From Eledone cirrhosa (lineage: Eukaryota): 64,000 nt of DNA. A program made the position numbers and the translations under genes. A model generated the notes under the pieces. It ran no database searches, was not told the origin of the DNA, and worked only from the letters and a program-made list of their open reading frames with translations. How positions within the stretch are numbered: the stretch's first letter is position 1; the number at the start of each line of letters is the position of its first letter. The stretch is from contig OZ024744.1 of assembly GCA_964016885.1 (NCBI GenBank), positions 50,096,001-50,160,000 of the forward strand, read 5' to 3'. Shown one piece after another: positions 52,171-64,000 of the stretch.

Positions 52171-53553
52171 AAAGCAAGTAAGCCTATCAGAAGGGGAGAA
52201 AAGTGATTAGTTATGCAGATTACTTGCCAGTAGAGAGAAGGTTAGAGTACTCAATGCATATAGATTACTAGACTAGTGAGCCATGCAATTAGATGGAAAG
52301 AGAGATAATTTAACAATTGTATTATAAACAGAGCAAAAGTCATATTTAAAATGCTGGAGGGAGCAACAAAGATTTATTAATACATATATAAGAGAGTTTT
52401 GTAGCTTGCTTGAAGCATTGTTGAATAGGAAATACAAATTTAAATAATTTTGAAAACCAAACAATACATTAGGAAGAACATTAAATCGCCAAGATAACAA
52501 AAGAATCTTACCTTAGCAAATTTAATGATCCCAAATATTTTTATTCTTTATTTCTAATGTGTCCTTATTATTCTTTATTTTTAATGTGTCCTTAAAATCT
52601 TCTCAACCTATTATTCTTTTCCTTCCTTTTCTCTTTTTTTAGAAAACTCAGTTTAGCTAGATCCATGATCCTAGTGAAAACAATCTGAGACCTGAAGCGC
52701 GCCAATATTGAAAATACACTACAATGGTCAGTATTGAAATTTGCCCGTCCATACCAAAATGAAAGACGCCCTTGTGAAAAGGAACTCCACCCCCTTCATG
52801 CTTAAATGGAAAATACTCCAGAAAGCGCGCTCATACAAGGGAGGACACAAGTGCTGCGACCTTTGTATTTCAGAGAGCTATGGACCCATAAGCTGCTATA
52901 TATAGAAATGACACCCTACGACTGGTCAAACATTTCAATGTGCAACGGCTTGAATGGAAAAGAAAGATCCTTCTTTAAAAATAAGGGCCTAAAATAAATC
53001 TTTCGAACAAAACTATAAGGTTGCCAACTTTCTGGATGTGGCTTTTCAACACATTTCCACAAACTAAATGAAAACCTTACTTATACAGCACCCAGGTAAT
53101 AGGAAAAATTTCTAGCAATTCTTTAAATTAATATATAGAAATTTCCCTCCTCCTCATAGATAACATGAAGTTGAGAGTTATAGAGTTAAAGAAACAATCA
53201 AAGAGACGAAGAATTGTAAAGCTACAGACCATCAGGGATAATTGCTGAGATACTAAAAGCATTGGGTGTTGAACTCGTAACCTGCATAGTTAATTAGGTA
53301 ATACAAGACACTGTCATACCTAATGACTGGTGCAGCAATACAATCATAAATTGCTACAAGGACAAAGGTGATACCCTAGAGGGGAGCAACTATAGAAAAA
53401 TAAAACTAATGGAGCAAATTATGAAAGCGTTTGAAAGAGATTTATTACAACGAATTAGAGAAAGGGTTAAATGCCAGGAAGAAGCACCACAGATGCCCCC
53501 TTTTTGTGAGACAATTACTAGAGAAGTTTCTAGCTAAGTGTAGGCCACTATGC

Positions 53554-54640
53554 GTGTGGATATGATTTTTATCTCTATGTTCTCTAGTGTGCTCCCATGT
53601 TCATTCTGGCATGTTGCTGGAGAACTGATGAGTTTTTCCCATCTTGGCATTCTTGCCACTGTCCATTATAGGAATAGGAACATGACTTACATAAGTGAGA
53701 TGGCCCTTAGCATAGGAGAAAGGATAAATGAACTCCAAGATGGAAAAAATCATCAGTACTCCACCAACATGCCAAAATTAAACATGGGGCAGACTAGAGA
53801 ACATCAAGATGAAAATCATATCCACACACAGAACAGATGCAATGCTATGACAGATTAGAGAAGCAACAAACATAAATGAACTCCAACCAAAACTAAACAG
53901 AAAACATGAGTGGAATAGCAACAAAATCAAGACATAGTAACAAGATATACATAGACACACAAGAACTAAACTAAGATAAACCAGACACACAAATAGAACA
54001 AGTAACCAACTAGTGATAAGTAATTAAAATCATCATCATCATCATCATCGTCACCGTTGTTAGTCATTTCTTCCATGCTAGCATGAGTTAAACGGGTTGT
54101 CCTGTTGGGGGCAGTGTCCGGTGGACTAATGTTGTCTTGCTCATACTGGAACTGATTCTGGCTTGATTTCTACAGCTGGATGCTTTTCCTAACACCAACC
54201 TCATTTACAGTGAGTGCTGGGTGCTTCTTTCCATGGCGCCTACACGTCCACTTTACAGTGTGGGCTGGGTGCTTTTTTGCCATGGCACCGCCACAACCAC
54301 TTTGCAGTGGAATGATAGGGACCCAGTCCTATCATCTCATTTCTACAGCTGAGTAAACTGGAGCAATGTGAAATAAAGTGTCTTGCTCAAGGAAACAACA
54401 CATCACTCGGTCCGAGAATTGAACTCACAACCTTTTGATTGCAAGCCCAATGCTCTAACCACTAAGCCATGCACCTTCATGTATAATGTATAAATAAATA
54501 AACAAATAAATATATGAACATAGATAAATAGATAAAACACACACACAAGAGGTGGTGTAGGACAGAACAAAGGAGAGACACAAAATAAAAACGTAAGGAG
54601 TCACGGAGGAGATCACAGTGGTTATTAAACTAACCAACTA
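53554..54640 (+). mobile_element. Decayed PLE GIY-YIG and 3' UTR related to 15400-15900, with 5' inverted piece; interrupted by an RTE tail (54030-54315, -) and a SINE
   Basis: TYISEMALSIGERINE; AAACATGAGTGGAATAGCAAC. 53554-53616 mirrors 53765-53827. Confidence 0.72.
54335..54477 (-). mobile_element. Second tRNA-derived SINE family (CORE/V-like central domain)
   Basis: TGGCTTAGTGG A box, GAGTTCAATTC B box, and CCTTGAGCAAGACACTT. Confidence 0.8.
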
Positions 54641-54829
54641 GGAGATATATATAAATATATGCATGCATATCTTTTGTCATCAAACAATTGCCAGATAATA
54701 TGATCAATATTTTGTATATTGATCAAAATTATTTCTATGTACACATAAACCTCTATAGATATATGATGATAATGATTTGCTACCTGATATAAAATATCCA
54801 GTGGATGTGTAATAGTAATATAGTAATAT

Positions 54830-55430
54830 ACATGGATGTAGTAAAGCATAAATGAACTGAAAAATTGGGTATAAGAGGAATCAATTGCAGTATGAAGGAG
54901 AGGAGAATGCGTTGGTATTAACATGTGGTAAGTATGAAGGATGACAGCTATATAAAAAGATGCAGGGCACTCAAAGTTGATGGAAGCTATGGAGTAGGAA
55001 GACCTAGGAAGACTTGGGATGAAGTTATAAAAGCAGATCATGTGCAATTGCACCTCTCAAAGGCAATAAAACAGGACTGAGATCTTTGGTGTTATGTAGT
55101 AATTCAGAAGACCTGCCTTCCCATGTGCATGGGTTAAAGTATACCTCTAGTATGCACGACTTAGCCCTATCATCCCTCCCTCTTCATACACCACCCTCGG
55201 CCTAACATTCTGCCCATGTCCTTACACCCCACCTTAGACCTACCTTTCCATTTCTCGTGTTTCAGACACATACCTCCCCCACCCCAGCCTCCAGTTCACA
55301 CTGTAAAGTGGTTGTTTTGGTGCCATGATAAAAAGCACCCAATGCATATTGTAAATGTTGTTGGTGTTAGGAAGGGCATTCAGCTGTAAAAACTCAGCCA
55401 GGATGAGTTCTGTATGAGCAAGACACGGTC
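54830..55430 (+). mobile_element. Decayed RTE 3' end and UTR
   Basis: Similar to 49720-50230 reversed; GTTAGGAAGGGCATTCAGCTGTA. Confidence 0.75.
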
Positions 55431-55439
55431 ATCTGAAAT

Positions 55440-58400
55440 AAAGAAAGTAGGATTCTGAAGCAACTGTTTTACGGTGAGCTCCATCTTGGAAAAAGACCTC
55501 AACACAAACCAAAAATGAGGTACGAGGCCAGCATCAAGAACAACCTCAAAGACTGGCATTTGATAGGAGGAGATAGCTCTAGATAGGGCTGAGTGGAGAA
55601 AGCGCATAAAGGGTAATTTAAAACTTTTGAGGAATGTCGTCTAGAACATAAACAACTGAAGCCTTAGCTCCAGAAGGGCTGTGCTCACAGTCTTGATGAA
55701 GGCATCAGTAGTTGGATTTCTAAATTCTGTCAGTGTGTACTCCTTTCAAGGGCTGGTTATGTTAATCACCTGAAGTCACGTGAAGAACCACTCGCAACAC
55801 CACTCAACAAAGACCTGGTGAAAGAATGTGCGTGAAATGCAACCAAGTATGTAGAACTAGTTCCAGACGAAAAAAAATACATGGTGGTGCATTGTGTCTC
55901 AAATGGTGACCCCCACTGATCCTATGGAAAACATGTGTCATAAACCATGCAGATCTACAGCAGGTCTACAAAGTAATCTACACAGATAGGATGACTATGA
56001 AGAATCAATAAGAGACGTCAATTGTCTGTGAAGATGCTGCAATCCTCATGTATGTATGTACGTACGTATGTCTGTGTGCCACTCAAAATAAAATCTTGCA
56101 CAGGTACTTCTTGTACAGATACTACTGGTGAAAGAGTTGCTGAGTACATATTGTTTCAGAAAAGGTAAGGGAAGGAAGCAAAAATGGAATCAGGTGTAGA
56201 TTTTGCTATAAAAACCTCACTTGTGAATCTACTAAAAGAGTTACCCCAGACTAGCTAAAAAATGCTTTGTAGTAATTATAAGTGTTTAGTTTATGCTCCC
56301 ACCTCACTGCCAACTGGAGAGACTAATAATCATTTCTATGCTCACTTAAGTTTGAAATACGATTCTATCAGAAGGTAAATTGTGTACACTTTGGGATTTC
56401 GTTTCTAGGATACAAAGAGATAATTTAATTTGGTCAGTACTTGACCTTAATGGAGTGGGTAAGTGCAATAGTTATGGACTACTAACCTTTTGTACAGAGA
56501 ATAACTTATATGTACCCTTTTCTGGCTAAAAAATAAATACAAATCACTTTGATGCATCCTCACTCTATATGTTGGATTTTCATATATTATGTACTAGTGA
56601 AAAGCCATGATAAGAAGGACCTCAATGGTGTGAGAGTTTACCATGGAGCTGAATGCTGGAAAAAACATCTCCTTGTAAAAGTTCATATCAATCTGCATGT
56701 AAGACTGAAAATATGTAAGATTGCTTCACAACGTCCCGATGTCTAAATATGCCTAAATATAGAAATCTGAAATTTATTGCTAAACTGACAGAATTAGAAA
56801 ATAGAGTAAATACTATCGCTTTGAATTCTCATAATTTATGGCTGGATTTTAAAGAAAAGGTGTATGATGCAGCTTCATCTGTTCTTGGTTTTCAGAAGAA
56901 AATGTTTCAAGATTGGTCTGATAACAATGGTGAACTTTGTAGGAAGCATGAGGCCTATAAAGCTCTACTAAATATTACAGGGGATAAATCCATTCATACA
57001 AATATGAACTATAGATACAAGCACATCAAAGTATCTGTTCAATGGGAACTTTGGTTTATTAAAGATAATAAGTGAAAACAAATAACATCCTATGGACAAG
57101 CTGTTGCAGACAAAAAAAATACAAAATCCTTTTATAGTTATAGACATGAAGTATTTAGTCCCTGTAAGTCTAATATTGCACCCATTCAATCTAAAGATGG
57201 TAGGTTGCTTCACAGTGACACAGAATTTATACAAGTGTTCAGTAGATCATTACTCTGACTTACTAAATAGGCTTTTAACAGTTGACATGTATGTTATTAA
57301 CTCATTACTTCAACTTGCAGTAATAACAGATTTAGATAGCATTCCTCAAATAGCTGAAATAAAAAACTCTTTGCAAAAACTGAACTGTGGTAAATTGTCT
57401 GAAACAGATGGACTTACTACAGGAATTCTTAACCTTTTAGCATTTAAACCAGCCATATCGGCCAGAATTCTCTCACCGCCCTCTGTTCAAACTGGCTATA
57501 ACCGGCCACTCATACTGATGTTAGGGTATTGTTCTCAAAATAAATAATATCAAAATCTTATAAATTAAATATTATGTGAGATAATTATGTGAAGTAAAAC
57601 CTTTACTGTAAAAATATAATACTAAATACAATAGTATATATAGAGTAATGTAAATGCTAAAAGGTTAAAGCTGGTGGAATCATATAATCCTTATACTTGA
57701 TAAAATAATTCAACATTTTTGGTCAACAGAAGCAATCCCTCAAGATTGGATCAATTCCAACTATGTATCATCTTTAAGACTAGTACTGATGGTGTGTGTG
57801 AAATTCCCATGGGATTACTATACTGATTTTTCTCAACCAAGTCTTAGAATATGTCATACTAGGTCATCTTATGGAACATATTGCACCAATCTCCATCTCA
57901 GACACAATTGACATGGTTTTTTTCTTCTGCCCAACAACTTCAAGAGAAATGCACAGAGCAATGTTTGGACGTGTGTCATTGCTTTCTAGACCCCACAAAA
58001 GGTTTTGATACTGTTAATAAAACAGTGTTATGGTTGGTGAGGAAAAAGTATGGTTATCCATACTGATTTGCAAATATAATTAAGAGCAAGCATAATGAAA
58101 TGAAAATGCCCCCAAATTTTGGCAGTTCACTGTTAGAGCCTTTTGGAGTTGAAAGGATGCCTTCATGCGCTTATCTTATTTGTGATTTACTTTGTAGCTA
58201 TACTTCAAACTGTTTTTAAAGATAGCAAAGAAGGGACATACACTTGATACAGTTCTAGTGGAAAACCTTTTAATTCATCTCGACTTAGGGCTAAATCCAA
58301 AAACATTTTTGTCCATTTTATGCAGATGATGCAGATCTTATTTGCCATACACAAAATTATCTTCAATCACTTATTTCATCTTTGATGCCACCATTGATGT

Positions 58401-59100
58401 ATTTGGTCTTTATATAAACTTGAACTTATGTATAAGTCAGTGCCTAGGAAGCCATACAATCCCCCAATCAGAATTGTAAAGGACAAAACCTTGAATATAG
58501 TCTACAAATTTGTATATTCTTTTAGTGCACTCTTTCAATTTGGCTCAATAGATAACGAGATTTCTTTGAGGATTCAAAAAGCATCTGATGTGTTTGGGAA
58601 ACTAAGATCAACATGAAATTAAACTAGATACAAAGATTATGGTATACTGTGCTTTTATCATAAACTCACTTCTTTACAGCTCTGAAACGTGGACTACACA
58701 TCTGCAATATATAAAGACATTGGAAGGATTCTATGAGAATTGCTTCAGAAAAATCCTTAACATATCCTGAAAATCTTTCACTTCAAATACTCTTGTTCTC
58801 AAAAGAGCAAATATAAATTTGCTCTTAAACAACTTTTCTGTGGTGAATTAAAGCAAGGAAAACAAAACAAGTCACAAATCAAATAAATGATATAAAGATT
58901 CCTTAAAAAGAGACACCAAAAGAAGGTGAAAATAGATTGTAACAACGAGAAAGAGGAAGCTCACGGTAGATTTGGCTGAATAAATAAAGCAGAGTGTGAA
59001 TAACTTTGAAGAGAAATGTGTAGGTACGCTGACTTAAAAGGGCTGCATGAAAACAATACATATCCTCCTTTAATGGAATTAATAATCTTACACTTTACCT
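55440..59100 (+). mobile_element. Old RTE/BovB-like LINE remnants (3' end at 55440-56060; EN-RT body at 56100-59100)
   Basis: SGVDFAIK, QQLQEKCTEQ..FLDPTKGFDTV, ADDA and IDNEISLRIQKASDVFGKL; heavily disrupted. Confidence 0.72.
57433..57664. mobile_element. piggyBac-type MITE
   Basis: 14-bp TIR CCTTTTAGCATTTA / TAAATGCTAAAAGG, with TTAA TSD at 57429-57432 and 57665-57668. Confidence 0.88.
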
Positions 59101-59501
59101 TTGTTCAAATTTTAATAAGGTATGCTTATCAAATTCAGGTCTGAAATCCCATTTATGATCATACAATATAAGCCAATTTACAAATAAGCTGAACACAGAA
59201 TTTATATGCCAAATTTGTCACAAGATAAAAGACATCCAGTGGCCTTAAAAAACATTATAAAATCCACAGAGCTAGAGATGATTCTGGGGAGAACACTTTC
59301 CCATCAATACCTTCTAAACTCAGCTGCAAAATTTGCAAAACACTTTTTGCATCATGGACTTAAGACACACTTACAGGCTCAGAGTAGAAATCTTGCTATA
59401 TACTAAAAAATATAAATTGCCCAATCAAGAAGAGTCTTGCTCATTCATTGAGTGACAACCATAATAAAAATAGTATCTGTGTCATAGAAAATTTGCCAAA
59501 C

Positions 59502-59675
59502 TAAGGGTAAGGAGGACTCTTCAACTGTGGCAAAGACAAGACAAACCCCAAAGAGCAGGTGCAATGATAAAATACAGTCAGTAGATAATGGAAACATATA
59601 TATATATTATCATTGCACCTGCTCTTTGGGGTTTGTCTTGTCTTTGCCACAGTTGAAGAGTCCTCCTTACCCTTA
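59502..59675. repeat. Perfect inverted repeat, 69-bp arms, 36-bp spacer
   Basis: 59502-59570 is the reverse complement of 59607-59675. The right arm is bracketed by TA runs. Confidence 0.95.
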
Positions 59676-60859
59676 TATAATATATATATATATATTATCA
59701 TCCTCATCATGATCATGATGATCATCATCACCATTTAGCATCCATTTTTCCATGCTTCCATGGTCGTCTACGTTGGCAGACAAGTCTGGTCAAAATTGGT
59801 CACGCCATACTTTAGTCTAACAGAAACTGTAAATTTGCCTTGGGATTTTGCAGCTGGGTACCCTTCCTAACACAAACCACATTTACAGTGTGGAACTGGA
59901 TGGCATCACTATGAGGAGAGACAGGCCAGTTGGCTGCGCCAAACCCCTCTCATGGAAGAACTACCGTCTGGGACCTGGAACTGGTCCTGATTTTTACAAT
60001 ATATATGTGTATATATATATTTGGTTTATGTGTTAGTTAAACAACCAACACTTATGTACACAATATAGAACACTCAGTGAAGTATACAAGTAGGTCTGTT
60101 TACACTGGAGTATAATTAAAATAATGAAGTACAAGTCGACAGGTTAGAATTTATGCCATTTACCAACCTTTCCATGGTCCAATACATAAATACGGAGGGA
60201 CAAAATATCACCTCCAGCGTTGGAATATCTGATCGAGCGGAACCTATCGACCCTCGCACACACTTTTCTTTATTGTTAACACTTCCTAAACATCCTTGGG
60301 TAGAACTTTGTATATTTTCATCATTGTATATTTTCATCTTTTTATATTTTCACTATTGTAAACATTCCCTAAACTTCCTTAGGTAGAAATAGAATACGTT
60401 CATCTTTGCTAAAATATACATATTGCCCTATGGAACCAGCCAAACAGATAACTATGGCACTTTACTAGACCTATTATTCATAGTTTAAACACGATGTACA
60501 AACTTACTCGTAGCCATTATTAGACCGCCGCTATGTCAGGCCTGGTATATAGAATTAACGTGTACTGGCATATAAACTTATATTATGCAAATGCTTAGGT
60601 ACCATCACAAACTATAGCGTCAGAATTGTTATAGAAAGCTATTAGCTAACCTTCAATTCTATTCTTTCCTTTTGCCAATGTTTGGCGAGGGCTTTGATAT
60701 ACAAGTTAAATTCGCACTTGGAGGCATTTTGATGAATTTACATTACTATAGAACTTTAGCTAACTTCCAATAGTACAAGAAATAAAATAATTAATACTAT
60801 CTTTAAGATTAAGGGTAGATTCAAGGGTGTTTGAAAATAAGTAAAAAAAGCAATAATAA

Positions 60860-60972
60860 TTGTTTCTACTTTTGGCACAAGGCCAGAAATTATCCAGTGA
60901 ATTACTGGTACTTTATTTTATCGACCCCGTAAGGATGAAAGGCAAAGTTAACCTCGGCGGGATTTGAACTCA
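60860..60972 (-). mobile_element. 5'-truncated SINE
   Basis: B box through GTAGAAACA tail. Confidence 0.85.
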
Positions 60973-61299
60973 ATAATAATAAGTAAATTAGTGAATGAGG
61001 CGCTTTTCCCGGGCCATAGAGCAATTGATAACTAGATTTCTCTATGAGGAGGAAAAATAGTAATAAATTATAAATGCTTAACTTTTAGCAAACTTGTCCA
61101 GAAAAATCAAATCAACTAATACATAAATACACTACACCATACTCTTGACTTATATACGGCGAAAGTATATTTTCTTTCGTTGGGTTTCTTTCCCTCTTGA
61201 ATTGGAGTATAGCACAATAACATTTCTACAGATTGTAAATAGTTGATAAAGATTAAATCTCTCTTAATAGTGTGTGCGCATCTGACTGGCTTGGCACTT

Positions 61300-64000
61300 T
61301 CATGTCATAGGCGTTGAGTAAAATATCTTTAAATCTGTTACTGGCTGAGGGGTCTTTCAGCTTCCAGATCTTTCTTCTCCAGGTTGGCTTCTGTTTCCAG
61401 GTTCGTCTAGTTCTGACTGTGAGGTCGCTGATAACTAAGCTATGTTGGGAGGTACATTCCTCACTAGGGAAGGCTTTTGTGTTTACGACCATCCATCTGT
61501 CACGTCCTCTGATGAGGATAAAATCTATCTGACTAGAATGCTCCCCTCATCTATAGGTGATCAGGTGGTTGTCGGGTTTTTTGAAGTTTGTGTTACATAT
61601 TGACATGTCATTAGCGTCGCAGAATTCTAGAAGCCTGAAGCCTTCTTCATTTCTTGTGCCAACCCCATGGCTTCCATGGACTCTATAGAAGCCATCACAG
61701 TGTATACCTACGTGTCCGTTAAAATCTCCTGCAATGATTAGGAACATAGTTTAGTTATCAGTGACTTCACGGTCAGAACTAGATGAACCTGGAAACAGAA
61801 GCCAACCTGGAAAAGAAAGATCTGGAAGCTGAAAGACCCCTCAGCCAGTAACAGATTTAAGGATATTTTAATCAACGCCTATAACAGTAAAGAAGAACAG
61901 ATATTCAATATAGAACAGACATTCAATGTAGAAGAGCACTAGGAGTTCATAAAAATAACTTACTAAAGGTGACGGATGAGATCTGTGGTTGGAGCAAGAC
62001 CACAGGGAGGAGGAGAGTGACTTGGTGGTGGAACAATAAGATAGATGAGGCAGTTAAGGCCAAGAGACAGGCATGGAAAGAATGGAAAAACAGGGGAAGC
62101 AGGGTACATTAGATAGAGACCAGGAGAGAAGCAAGGCGACAAGTATACTTAGCTAGGAGAGAAGCAGAGGATAGAAAATTCAAGCATGTTTTGCTACGTG
62201 AGGACCAGAAACAGGAGGTATTCAAGATTGCAAGGCAGTGTGTCAGAGAGAATTGTGATGTCATTGGAGAGAAGTGTATCTGAAATGATAAAGGTGAGCT
62301 TGCCCTCACAAGTGCTGAGAAGAAAGATGCATGGAAGAACCATTATGATAGATTACTAAATGAGGAGAATGCATGGGAAGAAGAAACCCTACCCCAAGTG
62401 GACCCTAAAGAGGGGCCTGCAGTACAAGTCAACAGCAGCATAGTAAGTAAGGCAATCAAAGATATGAAGACGGAGAAGGCAACCGGTCCATCGGGTATAG
62501 CAGCCTAGATGCTGAAGGCATCTGGGTCTGTAGGTCACACTATAACCACACGTATTGTTAACCAGGTAATACTAGAAGGTGTCATACCAAAAGATTGGTG
62601 CAGTAGCATCATTGTCAACTGCTACAAAGGTAAAGGTGATGCACTAGATAGAAGAAACTATAGAGGGATAAAGCTCGGTTATGAAAGTAACAGAAAGAGT
62701 TATAGCACAGTTGATTAGGAACCAGGTGAAACTAGATGAGATGCAATTTGGGTTTGTGCCAGGAAGAGGCACCATTGATGCCCTCTTCCTTGTGAGGCAG
62801 TTACAGGAAAAGTACCTAACTAAAAGTAAGCCGCTCTACCTGGCATTCGTCGATCTCGAGAAAGCCTTTGACAGAGTTCCTCGTGCTATAATCTGGTGGG
62901 CTCTTAGAAAACTAGGAGTAGATGAATGGCTTGTGAAAGCTGTACAAGCCATGTATAGGGGAGCAGTCAGCAAAGTTAGGATTAACAATGAGTATAGCGA
63001 GGAATTTAGCGTACAGGTTGGTGTCCACCAGGGCTCTGTTCTTAGCCCTCTCCTGTTCATCATAGTTCTGCAGGCAATAATGGAGGAGTTTAAGACTGGA
63101 TTCCCATGGGAACTCCTGTATGCAGATAACCTCGCACTTATAGCTGAATCTATGGTAGAACTAGAGAAGAAATTCCAAACTTGGAAGTAGGGACTAGAGA
63201 GAAAGAGTCTCAGGGTCAACATGACAAAGGCTAAGGTCCTTGTAAGTAGACGACAAAACAGAACCCAGATACCTCAGGGAAATAGCCTTGCTCAGTGTGT
63301 AGGAAAGGTGTAGGTAGGAACTCCATTCTCTGCCCCAAATGCAAACAATGGGTACATAAGAGATGTAGCGGGATCTCAGGAAGCTTAACTAAGATTGTAG
63401 GCTTCACATGTAGCACCTGTGCTGGGACAGAAAGTAGCAAACAGCCACAGGAAACAAGTACCACCAAACTCTGGGAGGGCTCTGTAGAAACAGTAGACAG
63501 TTTCTGCTACCTAGGTGACTGAATTAGCAGTGAAGGTTGATTGTTCGGAAGTACAATAACTAGGGTAAGAACGGGATGGAAGAAGTTCAGGGAGCTACTG
63601 CCACTGCTAGCTGCAAAAGGCTTTTCCCTCAAAATGAAAGGCAGACTGTATGATGCATGTATCCGAACAGCAATGTTGCATGGTAGTGAGACCTGGGCGC
63701 TGAAGGTGGAAGACTTACGTAGATTAGAGAGAAACGAAGCCTGCATGCTCCGATGGATGTGTAATAGTAATATATGTGAACAGCAAAGCATAAACGAATT
63801 GAGAGAGAGCCTGAGCATAAGAGGAATCAAATGCTGTATGCAGGAGAGGTGGTTGTGTTAGTATGGACATGTGATGTATATGAAGGATGACAGCTGCATA
63901 AAAAGGTGCAGAGCACTAGAAGTCGATAGAAGCCACGGAGTGGGGAGACCCAAGAAGACCTGGGATGAGGTGATAAAAGCCGACCTTACCCAATTACACC
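61300..64000 (+). mobile_element. RTE LINE with 5' inversion (61300-61744 inverted), running off the window
   Basis: The inverted part encodes APE motifs IAGDFNGHVG, RNEEG and IDFIL. The forward part encodes RT and is very similar to 49652-51482, with multiple stops. Confidence 0.92.

Noticed and set aside
54400-54477. tRNA genes at the SINE heads
   Set aside because: A and B boxes are present but there is no complete cloverleaf, and they continue into SINE bodies.

Overview
Repeat-dense animal genomic DNA, most likely an octopod cephalopod. This is inferred from its tRNA-derived SINE family, RTE LINE tails and extreme (TA)n density. Only one host gene is supported: a single-coding-exon GT14/GCNT-type beta-1,6-N-acetylglucosaminyltransferase (44846-46669, -). 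The rest is nested mobile DNA: at least seven Penelope-like element (PLE) copies, a near full-length Tx1-clade LINE plus fragments, RTE LINEs, a complete non-coding LTR element with TSD, a Gypsy fragment, hAT, mariner, Helitron-like pieces, MITEs and SINEs. Three things stand out. (1) Two diverged Tx1 subfamilies share an in-frame UAA three codons after the ORF2 AUG, inside a conserved hairpin, which is a candidate recoding switch. (2) There are about 12 minimal hammerhead-ribozyme motifs, including a family with compensatory changes and a conserved C-C mismatch, and a recurrent CCGANGA core variant. (3) There are about 15 fold-back inverted duplications (40 bp to 1.6 kb), mostly anchored on (TA)n, suggesting one local palindrome-generating process. 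Alignments and identities were judged by eye, so boundaries of decayed elements are approximate.
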